NCBI GenBank assembly: GCA_002189035.1
Contig: NEEC01000002.1
Span: forward strand, 434,001-498,000
Length of the DNA stretch: 64,000 bases
Source of the DNA: Utricularia gibba
Taxonomy: Eukaryota; Plantae; Magnoliophyta
Direction: 5' to 3'
The stretch's first letter is position 1, and every line of letters begins with the position of its first letter. The position numbers were made by a program, and so were the translations under genes. Under the pieces are notes generated by a model that ran no database searches, had not been told where the DNA came from, and worked only from the letters and a program-made list of their open reading frames with translations. Below are positions 51,961 to 63,092 of the stretch, piece by piece.

Positions 51961-52035
51961 TGGCCCCCATCATAGGCCCATTTTCTACCATAAAAGGCCT
52001 TTCTTTTCGGTGGGGAGGCCCAATTGAGAGCCCAA
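51961..52035. promoter_or_regulatory. Site II cluster in the MORF2/PRP39 divergent promoter
   Basis: GGCCCA at about 51974 and 52017, AGCCCA at about 51939 and 52029. Confidence 0.5.
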
Positions 52036-52469
52036 CAGGAAACACCACATACAACTACACTCGTATTCCGGTCGATGAGCCCTAATTTTCGCAATCCTCC
52101 TCTTTTTCGGAAACGCTTTTGGGTTCTCTCGCAGGTGCTATACGAAGAGGTTTTCAAATAGACGAGAAACAACCAAGGAAGAATCGCAGTTCTTGGTGGA
52201 AATTCTTCCAAGGATTCCTGAAGCCGTTCCAGCCCGAAGGTAAACTGATGTTTCTCCATGAATAATTCTGTTGAGTTTCGTCGGCTCATTCGCTTGAACA
52301 GTCGGATTGCTCACGTCCTATACCTGTTGGTTCTTCAAATTGAACAATTATATGCCGCTGTTTTTCTATCCGTATGATATATTTTTTTCTCCTTCATGTA
52401 ACTGGAGTTGCTCTAATCCCCCAAAATTTTCTTTTCCGTGATAGCTTCTCCCTTCAAACCGGGGACTGC

Positions 52470-55400
52470 ATGATAATGATTGCAGACTCTTACGCAGTAA
52501 ACCGCGGCGCGTCTGATGTTTATGCCGCTGATGGTTCTAGCGCTGAACCTTCTCAGAACTCAGCTGTTTCTGCAAATGAAAATCTTGCCGTTCTTGCAAG
52601 TTCTTCTCTAGAATCAGAGACGGAGGGCTATGACTCAGTTACTAACAATAATGCGGCTACTTTGCATGGGCCTGAATCTAGTGCAGCAGAGAATGGAGTT
52701 GCGTCTTCTGATCGTTCAGGATCTGCTGCATTGCATCAGCCATTGGATGGATCTGGTACTCATAAAAATATTTCCTGGTGTTGAGAACATTAGGCATTTT
52801 TTGTGTATTTTTGACTATATGTACTCTGGATGTGACCTGAATAAATTCCATATAACGAGTCCAATAATCTAAGACTTTATATAGGTTTGTCAGCAGAGGA
52901 AGAAAAATTATGGAGCATTGTCACTGCAAATTCACTTGAATTTGGAGCCTGGACTGCGTTAATTGAAGAAACAGAGAGAACATCAGAGGTGCTCCCAGCA
53001 CATTCCGTATATTTGCATGTTTCATTCACAGCTGCGAACCTGTTTTCATGTATCAAATTATGTTCTAGTCTTTCCTTTTGGTTCGAAACTTACTTGCACA
53101 TTTTCCCATTTAAAGGGGAATATTTCAAAAATCCGGAAGGTTTATGATGCTTTCTTGGTGGAGTTTCCACTGTGCTACGGTTACTGGAAGAAGTATACGG
53201 ATCACGAGGCTCGACTCAGCTCCGCAGAGTGTGTTGCTGGGGTTTATGAACGTGCTGTTCATGGTGTTACCTATTCTGTTGATATGTGGCTGCACTATTG
53301 TGCCTTTGCTATTGGAACGTATGGAGATCCTGACACCATAAGAGGGTAAACGTCTTTGCCTACTGACTCTAGTTACCAGGGGGGAGGGGGGGCGGTAGTT
53401 TATTTTGCTAGAATTCTGGAGTCATTTTATTTTAAATTGTTTGGTATCCTGCCACTTTCTAGACATAGTTGTTTCTTAATGAGTTCCTGACCTGGGATGC
53501 CTTGTTTCAGATTATTTGAAAGGGCATTAGCATACGTTGGCTCTGATTATTTATGCTTTCCTCTCTGGGACAAATACATTGAATATGAAATTTCCCTTCA
53601 ATCCTGGAATCGTGTTGCTGCAATCTACACAAGGGTCTTAGAGGTTCCAAATCAGCAGCTGGATCGTTATTTTGAAGGGTAATATAACATAAGAGTTCAA
53701 TTTTGTTAAAAAATAAATTTCTACCTCCATGCCAGTTTCTTTTGTTCCTCTTTGAATGTACTGATGTGTATTCATGAACTCTGTCTAACATTTTTTAATG
53801 GTTCTTTGGTCGGTGAACATTAACCATTTCCCTGAATTGGTCCTCACTAATCATTTCATTCGGAATGCCATAGTTCATTCACTCTAGTGCGTCCTGCAAT
53901 TTTACACCTTAGTTGCACCAATGTTTTTCTTTATGGAGTTTTGTGTGTCGGGTTTTTCTATTACAGATTCAAGGAACTGGTTGCGAGTCGGCCTCTTTCA
54001 GAGTTGCAGACACCTGAGGAAGCTTTGGCTGGATCTGCTGTGATTACTGACGGGGTTGATAACGAGAATGCAGAGGAGACTTCTCCTGATGCGATAGATC
54101 AATCATCAAAGGCTGCAAGTGAAGGCATAAAAGATGCTAAGAAGTTGGAGAAGTACATTGCTACCAGAGAAGAAACATACAAAAAGGCTAAAGATTTTGA
54201 TTCAAAGATCATTGGTTTTGAAACAGCTATAAGGAGGCCCTATTTCCATGTGCGCCCCTCAATGTTTCTGAGCTCGAAAATTGGCACAACTATCTTGATT
54301 ATATTGAAACTGGAGACGACTTCAATAAGGTACCTGGATTGTTGTCAAAGAAATCTCCATTTTTTCTCGTCACTTAGTTTTAGTCGCACTCTTTATACAT
54401 TGACTTACAGTTAAGTAATATCTGCCGCATCATTTGCTTTATTGGCTAAACGATTGGAGACGATGTTTTAAAACGGGGTATTGAACTTGGACTAAAGCAT
54501 GGACCTTCCATTTGCTTTCTATGAGGCTAAGTACTTCAATCTCTCATTTTTCAAGTCGAGATTCTGGGTACCAAATGTGTGGTATGGTTTATAGTGACAA
54601 TGTTATGCATGCAGGTGTGTTCTTAGCTTCCTAACCATCTATCTATCAGCATGGAGACCCCCTCACATATCGGGGCCTCCTGTTCCACCAGCGGTGTAGC
54701 TTTTTTAAAAAATATTGTCTTCGTACTTTACTTCTTCCTCATAAAAAATTGAATTTCTTAACCAATTACTTGTTGTGAGTTTTCAGATTGTCAAGCTGTA
54801 TGAAAGGTGTCTAATAGCATGTGCAAACTATCCTGAATACTGGATACGCTATATTTTGTGCATGGAAGCCTCTGGCAGTATGGAGCTTGCTGAAAATGCA
54901 CTGGCGCGTGCCACTCAAGTGTTTGTAAAGGCTAGTACTCCATTTTGCTGTCTACATCTGCAGTATTCATGTTCTTCAGAAAATTTTAATATTGCTCATT
55001 TCCAAAGCCTTCTTCCATGCAGCAGCATCTGACTTTGTGCTTGTTTTGTTCAATATTCATATGCTTTCTTATATTTATGTTAACAGAGGCAACCAGAGAT
55101 CCATCTCTTTGCTGCTCGTTTCAAGGAGCAGCGAGGTGATATATCTGGAGCACGGGCTTCTTATCAACTTGTGCACACTGAAATTTCTCCTGGCCTTTTA
55201 GAAGCAATAATCAAGCATGCAAATATGGAGAAGCGGCTTGTAAAATTGCTTGTCTCAGGCTTTTTCTTTTTTCAGTTATAATGAGTGTAACTAAGTTCCC
55301 TGTTTTTAATTGTCCAGGGAAAGCTGGAAGATGCATGTTCCTTGTACGAGCAAGCAATTGCAATTGAGAAAGGGAAAGAGCACTCACAAACATTGCCCAT

Positions 55401-57003
55401 GTTGTTTGCTCAGTACTCACGGTTTATTTATTTGGTACATGTCTTCCTTCAAGATGATCCCTGTGTCAGTGCTTTCCATTTTGTGCCACATGGTTGTAGA
55501 TCTTGTGATGACTAAGTTATTTCCTCTTTGAAGGTTTCTGGAAATATTGACAAGGCAAGGGAGATTCTTGTGCGAGGTGTTGAGGTCGCGAATTTATCCA
55601 AGTCTCTTTTAGAGGTTTGTATCGATTCTTTGTCCCACTCAAAGCACTTCCTACTTTATACTGTAGACACTTTTCGTGTTTGATTAGTTTATCCCTTCCT
55701 CTCCAAATGCTAAAAGAGACAGATTGCATATGCGTTCAAAATTAATCATGTTGGTGAGTTCCATTAACATTCAAGTGCTTTCCTCTTTGGAAGGCAATGA
55801 TCCACCTGGAATCTATTCATCCACAATCAAAACCAGTGGACTATTTAGATTCATTGGTTGATAAATTCTTGGCTCCGAGTTCTGATAATCTTCCAAGTGC
55901 AAGTAATGAGGAAAAGGAAGAGCTTTCGAGCATCTTCTTGGAGGTAATAAACACAGGACAGCTGCTTCTACATTCTCATAAAACTGAGTTAGACTTTTGT
56001 TTGGTTTTGGTAGATTATAGGTTTCTTTTGAGCCCCACAGTTCTTCTATATCTTTCTTGTATATGCATTATTTGAGCTCTTTTTTGTTTATTTACGTTCA
56101 TTTTTCTCCTGGGCCTGGCTGGCATTGTTATTAAAAACAATTGTTTGAATCCGCTTTCTGTATTTTTTTTCGACTTCTTTGATGTTATGCTTAGACGACT
56201 GGTCTTATGATACAGATGATTTTCTCATGATCTGAACTTTTTTGCATCTGTAGTTCTTGGATCTCTTTGGAAATGCTCAGCTTGTTAAAAAGGCTGACAA
56301 TCGACACTCAAGACTTTTCTTGCGCAATAAAAGCACCTCGGAGTCAAAGAAGCGACATGCAGAGGACGGTTTAGTTTCTGAGAGAATGAAGTTTTCAAAA
56401 TCTATTATTCCAGCCGCCGGTTCCTCAGCTGTGGGATCATATGCCGGAGCCCAGAACCAGTGGGCTGCAGGTTATGGTGTGCAACCTCAAGTATGGCCTC
56501 AGGCTATGCAAATGCAGGCTCAGCAGTGGAATCCAGGCTATCCCCAACAGGTTTTTGTTTTACCTTTATTTCCTGTCGGTACCTTCACTGGCCAACTATG
56601 TCAAAAAGACTTTACTATTGGCATTGACCAGCAATCTTTGTTACTCCTACGTGCGTACCATGATGAATCTTCAGTTGACTTTTCCGTGTTTTTTTTTCCT
56701 TTCAGGCTGCGTATGGTGCGTATGGATCAGGGTATGTGCAACCCCAGATGCAAACGTCAGTGCCCCCAAGTGCTGGTGCATATGGAGCTTATCCTCCCTC
56801 TTATCCATCCCAGGTGATTCAGCAGATTCCGGCTTTTAGTATGTTCGCACCTTTTTGTGTAAATTTAGTTTACCCCTTCTTTATTCGAACAGCCATTTCC
56901 ACAACAAGTTTACGCACCACCTACTGCTAGTCCCGCAACGCTGACTTCAGCCCCCCAGCCTGCCGCCGCCACAGCTGCATCATATTACACCGGTTACTAC
57001 TGA
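52470..57003 (+). CDS. PRP39: Pre-mRNA-processing factor 39 (HAT repeats, U1 snRNP), multi-exon; start approximate
   Basis: [65 protein letters not shown], Pro/Ala/Tyr-rich tail ending YYTGYY*. Frameshift at 54255-54258; GC donor at 54931. Confidence 0.93.
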
Positions 57004-57798
57004 GTAGCGGAAGGGAGGTGTTATTTTTGTTCAACATATGCGTCCAGTAAAACCCGGAGCTTTAGATGGTACCATGCGTTTTCCCTCTTCCTGAAGGAGA
57101 TGTTGTAGCTTGCGTGGTGGCGACGTGAGTTCGCATGAGGATTATGTTTCCGACTTGCATGTTGTGCAACCTGGTCTGGGTACTTGTTTAGAGATGACAT
57201 GCTTAGATTTTGGGACTCGAGATCGAAAACTACATGTGTAACTCATGTTTCCCTTCAGCAAGTTGCCTTCTTTATCCATACTCCGCAGGGAAATTGGCGT
57301 GCAGTTGCATGTACAGGTACCGGGTTCCATTCTAACAGCAGTTTTTTATACCGTTTTCCCAACAGTTCTGAGTTCCAAACTAACGCTTGGGTTTTCTTCT
57401 GATGGTGCGGTCCCATGCCCATTCGATTCGTAAGGTTGCACTTCTTGCAACTTCGCTCCAAAGCCCTTGGTGGAATCCATGATGGTTCTAAAGTTAATAA
57501 GCAGATTTCCCTTGTCACGGTGTCTGTGGGCCCGGGAAAGACGGGCGGCCCGTTATGCGTTGGCCCGCTTTACATTGTGATGGGCCTCTCTAGAATACCG
57601 TACCCGGCCCACATTTTTGAAGCGGTTGCGCACCCGAAAATGTGAGTGGATGGATGGCTATACACCACACAAGCACTCCTCGCTCTCTCCAGTCTGCGCT
57701 CCAGTTGCCATATCTTGATATTATTATCTTTTCAATCCTGCGTAATATCTGATCGGCGCTTCCTATCCAGTGTGTCCACCAGAAGCTTTTTGACGGTT

Positions 57799-58478
57799 AT
57801 GGCGGCATTGCATGCTCTGGGTCTCCTTTCTCCAATTTCTCCATCTCCGAAGCTGAGGTCTTTACCGGGTCCGCCTATTTCCCTGTTCTCTTTTTTTTTC
57901 CGAAGCTGGCGGACTTGTTAAATATGGTAGCTTGAGCAACACCCGTATTGGGTTTTACTTGTCTTGATAAAAATTCTAATGCTCGGCATTTGCGGATTCG
58001 TTTTGCCTTTTCAGGAGGAAGTGTTCGGTCGAGTTCGGGCTTGTTTATGACTGGGGGCCAATCTCTGCGTTTGCCGCCTACCATTTCGAAGCATAATCGA
58101 GAAGTTTACACATCTGGATTCAGAATAGTAATGATGGCAAAACCAACAATTCAGTTCATCAAGGGGGTTGACGAACAGACAGTCCCTGATGTGAAACTAA
58201 CGAAATCAAGAGATGGAACGAACGGAATGGCCATTTTTACATTTTCTGAGCCCTCAGTTTTTGATTCATCCAGTGTTCTTGGTGATATCACAGGATTCTT
58301 CATGATTGACGATGAAGGAGTCCTCGAGTCTGTTGATGTGAGTGCCAAATATGTCAATGGGAAACCTGCTGGAATTGAGGCCAAGTATATCATGCGAAAT
58401 CCGAAACAATGGGATCGGTTCATGAGATTTATGGAGCGATACGCCGATGCCAATGGACTGTCTTTTGTTAAAAAGTAA
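57799..58478 (+). CDS. PSB28: Photosystem II reaction centre Psb28 protein, 2 exons
   Basis: Transit peptide, then [36 protein letters not shown]...[22 protein letters not shown]. Site II cluster at 57527-57612. Confidence 0.95.
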
Positions 58479-58776
58479 TGTGCATTCTCATTTCTTCTTA
58501 GAATTTTCAGCATCTTTCATGTGATACAATCTTCGTTCTAACATGTGAAGGATTCCATTCAGCCATGTTATTATGTAACCACTTTAGTCTTTCCTGTGCA
58601 CATGCTGAAAGTCTCACGGATACTTGAACAAGTTTGTATGTTGAAGGTTTGTTTATGATGCAAGAACCTGGAACCAATCTTCCAATTGGGATTTTAAATG
58701 CAAAGATCTGCAGTTTAAGGCTTATTCAACTGCTTTTTCTTTCTTGTAAGGAATGCTAATCTGCTGCATCTGTTCC

Positions 58777-60388
58777 TCATCTCTCTCTCTTGGGCTTTGT
58801 GAAAAATGGATCCCATTCATGAGGCCCCAGCTTTTGCCCTTCTTCTAGCAAAGCATACTTCCAACTGATCTCCTCAATGACATTGTCATCTCTTCTTCCA
58901 TTCACGATGTCTTTCCTCAGCTTGGTCACCTTGCTTATTACTCCATCAAGAGCTATATCAAAGGCGTCTTTCAAAGTCTCCAGCCTAGAGCGAGGATCAG
59001 CATATATAATCCGAGGGATGAGATTTATCACAGCCTCTCTCATTTTCTTTACACTATCTACAGGAATCTGGCTGAGCCTTCTCTCTATGCTTGTGTTGCT
59101 GCGTACGTCGTTCTCAGGTATGAACACAGAGTACAGTGAGAAATTCTTAGGCAAGTGCCATGTGTACTGGGTGTAGGCTGATGCAGGATGGAAGAACACA
59201 GGTATACAACCAGCGAGCATCGCATCGAATGCAGATCTTCTTGTGTATGAATCTCCCTGAGGTTGCAAGCAGAAAATGGAGCTCTGAAACATCTGCATAA
59301 CACTTCCAGGAGAGTGGCACTTGCTCTCCCCGAAATCACACTCTAAAAGTTCACAAACCTTGGAGTTTCTACACTGGTTTATTATCTGGCCCCTGATGGA
59401 CTTTTCATTCCCCGGCCGGGGTGCTCCGGCGAAGCAGAAGAGGTACGGCCTATTATGTTTTCGCATTCGGTCTTGCCATATGTAGACATCAGCATCACTT
59501 GATGGATGGAAGTATGTTGGATAAGGAACAGCATAGTCATTAGAACTCCATGGACTAGATTCCACCACAAGCATGGTCATGTTCTTTGCTGCAGGCAACA
59601 GGAGCAGCTTGTTCCCCCAGTCCGACTCTCGGTCAGTTAATCTCCTAAAATCCCATGTTATCCTCCCTGCAACAAGGAAATGATCCTTTCCACCCATAAC
59701 ACTCCATTCTGGCTTCTTTACAAGCCAATCAACCAGAGCAAGAGAGGCAGCATCCCTCACAGATACACTGTGCCCCCAGAGATGCCTTGCAACATCAAAC
59801 CCCGCATAGAAGGGAACAAAGACCGCAGCAGCGAGTGATGAATCATTTGTCAAGCACTCATATTGCTTCATCCTGTTGAGGAATATGAGATCCACAGCAA
59901 ACTGGTTGGTGGCATACCAACCTGTGTCTGAGAACACACCTTCAACCTTTTCCAATGGTGGACCAAGACCAGCATTGGTTGTGAACTTGCACATGTTGGT
60001 CCATGGACTAAGACTCTCACACTCCTCCAGCATATCCTCGTTGAATGCCGGGGAAGACGATGAACATATATATATCTTCCCCACATGGATCACTTTTGTT
60101 TCCCACAGATCTCAGAGCCCTCAAAAAAGGGTAGCTCTGTTTCGCCGCCGTCTGTTGCCGCGGCTTGAGCGGAACGGGCGGCGGATGATAATCCTCCTGC
60201 TTATAGGCCACAGTTTCAAGTAACTGCGAGGCGATTCCATCGCCACCTCCAGAGTGGAAGAAGATGAGAAAGAACCAGAAGAAAGCTGACAGCGAGGCCA
60301 ACAAGCAAATCCGGGAATGGTGGTTTTTCCCATGCCCCCTCTCCATGAACTCATTCAACTGCGCCACTGTCACAGGCCGACGCCGCAT
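58777..60388 (-). CDS. MUR3: Xyloglucan galactosyltransferase MUR3/KATAMARI1 (GT47 exostosin), intronless CDS
   Basis: MRRR...[16 protein letters not shown] anchor, [54 protein letters not shown]. Two -1 frameshifts (60079-60082, 60050-60053). Confidence 0.93.
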
Positions 60389-61290
60389 CTGGGAAACAGC
60401 TGCAAATCTGAAAAATCTCGTCTTTTTGTTGGATTTCAGTGGATCATACGAAATGTAAGGAAGGACTGCTGCGCGAATGAAGTGGACAAACGGTAAGAAG
60501 TGTGCACTGAGACGTAACGGATTCGGTTGCATATGATGCTGATTTCAGGGGAACAGAAGCCGCCGCAACTTTGGAGGTGGCGATACTGAGATACCAATGG
60601 TCACACTACCATTATTATTTTTCATTATTTATATTACTCGAAATTTACTTTCCAAAAAAAGTAAATACTCATTAATTTTAAAATACAAATCAATGGTGTT
60701 TAACAATAATAAATATATTATGACTAAATTCCAAAATTCAATAATAGCAAGAAGTTATTTAATCACAAATAATTAATTTCAAATTATTAGAGAGTGAAAG
60801 CATTCAATGATAAATACATTTTATTGTATCCACAATCGTATCTTTTTCATGTATTAAGATAAAAAATTACTATATAAGATGATCTTTTTTTTTTGGATTT
60901 GAAATGTCCGTAGTGAAGGCAAGGCAACTACCCAAGGAAGGAACCTTGAGGTTTGGTGGGGCGGGTTACTCCACATTTGGTGCGCATGGACCACATCCCA
61001 TTCCATTGGTGCGAGCTTGAAACGCCGCCCCACTCTCCGTTCTGCCACCTCCGGGTCCGAGCAGGGACTGGGAGGGAGGGGAGGGACCCTTTATTGCTCC
61101 TCACAGCTGTAGCCTGTATCGTACCGCCTTTTCACATGTCTTCCAAAAGAGGAACTCCGTAGCTGAGATTAAGCTCATCTGTGTGCTGCTTTGCAACGCC
61201 GCAGAAGAGCTTGGAAACGCTCACCGGGAAAGGGACAGTTAGTTCCTGTTTCGTTCGTGTTCATACGTGGAAGGAGAAACAGGCATGATA

Positions 61291-61343
61291 CATCACTTCC
61301 TACTTCAGTTCTACTGATCATCACTTCCTACTTCAGTTCTACT
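61291..61343. repeat. Tandem duplication, 25-bp identical core with 28-bp period
   Basis: CATCACTTCCTACTTCAGTTCTACT at 61291-61315 and 61319-61343. Confidence 0.9.
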
Positions 61344-61781
61344 TTTTCTGTGCAGACACCGTCCAGTTTCATCGGAAGTGGCGGCTCCAACTCCAAGCAA
61401 GGCCCACGGGTCCTGAGCTCGGATCACCAGCTCTGGTCGGGCCATTTAGAAAAGAGATGACTTTCTATCTCACATATTATTATCAAATTTCTACATATCA
61501 GATGCTCACTTTAGTTTTATACATCCGGTCCGGAATGAGAAGGGCCTTTCTTATTGAATGAACCGGACGAATGAAAAGTATTATAAATTATATTGAATTT
61601 CTTTGTTAAATACATTCAAAACAATGAGTATTTAGTTTAATGGGCCAGGCCTCCAGGGAAAGGTTAATGGGCTATAACTGGATATTTGTCTAAATACTGA
61701 CGGGTTAACCCGACCCGAAAATAGAAGGTGCCATTACCACCAGAAATGTGTCGCTGGGGAGGATGGTCGAATCCAACGGCT

Positions 61782-63092
61782 ATGGCGACGGTGGCGAGGC
61801 TCCCGATTGTTGCTACTGATCGTCCCATTGCAATCCGGCGCATAACTCACTTGGAATTTTACGCATTGTTGAGAATGGATGTAACTTCTCCTTGAGCCGT
61901 CGTTCGTTACGGTTTCGCAGGACTCGGCAATCGTTGCCCCTCACCTGCTTCGCTTCCAATGGGCCTTCTCCTTCGGAAATCAGGTTCCTGCTCCTAGAAT
62001 ATGATTCCAAAAGTACTGATAGCTATGGGAAAATTGTTTTTGCTTACTTGTTTCCGTTTTGGTTAGATTTGGTTGTTTCGTTTTAAGGTGAACTGATTTT
62101 GGTTATGGGAGGATTTGCCTTAGTATTTAATGCCTCATCGTTTTGATCATCATCGTTGTGATTTTGCTTAGTTCTACGGCTAAAATTCGAAGTGAAGTAC
62201 TATCTCCCTTCCGTTCGGTGCGCATGTTCTTTTATCTTGCCTTCATGGCTAGTGGGTCTCTTGGAGGATTGATTGCCATCAGTCAGCTGATTGGTGCCCT
62301 TTCGGTTCAATCCAGAGCCGAACAAGTTCCTGAAATTCTCAAGGGTTTAGGAATTGACTTTGGAGCAGTATCTATCTTTGCATTTCTGTATTACCAGGAA
62401 AACAAGGCCAAAAACGCCCAGGTGGCTCGGCTTTCAAGAGAGGAAACCCTCTCAAATCTTAAGATTCGTGTGAAGAACAAGGTTCTTCCTTTAAGTACTT
62501 TTAGGGGAATTGCTCGCCTCGTTATACTTGTTGGTCCGGCGTCTTATATTGAGGAGTCTTTCAAGCGAAGCATACCTTTCTCAGAGGCTCTCCTGGAAAG
62601 AGGAGTTCTTGTTTTACCGATTCTGACTGATAGTGTTTCACCGAAATTGGAGTTTGAGGAAGCAGAAGAAAACGAGGATATCATTGCTAGAAGAAAAAAA
62701 TTATGGCAGTTGGTTCCTGCTTCTACGGCTGACTGGAGCAAGTAAGTTTTTTTTTTCGTTTCTTTTAGTTTTTTGATATTGGATTGCTCTTATTTCTAAA
62801 GCTGACAACAGGTGGTTAGATGAACAAAAAAAACTGGCTAATGTCACTCCGGATTCTCCAGTGTAAAGCTAGTTTTTTCTCTCTCTTAAATAAAAGGCTT
62901 AGTATTTATCGAGTGATGGTTTAGTGAATGTAGTTTCTATTTAAATGAAGGTATTTGTCTCTCCGCATGGATGGTCGGGTTCGGGGCAGCGGTGTTGGCT
63001 ACCCTCCCTGGAATGCATTTGTGTTGCAATTACCACCTGTGAAGGGAATGTGGTCTGGTCTCCTTGATGGAATGGATGGAAGAGTTCTTTGA
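61782..63092 (+). CDS. LOW PSII ACCUMULATION 1-like (DUF3493) chloroplast protein, 4 exons
   Basis: IRSEVLSPFRSVRMFFYLAF, NAQVARLSREE, RGIARLVI, |WLDEQKKLANV|, YLSLRMDGRVRGSGVGYPPW, ending GLLDGMDGRVL*. Probable -1 frameshift at about 61824 in the transit peptide. Confidence 0.85.

Noticed and set aside
2067-61826. Mass pseudogenisation or programmed frameshifting/insertional editing
   Set aside because: All lesions are -1 in homopolymers of essential genes with no other decay seen, which is the typical long-read error profile.
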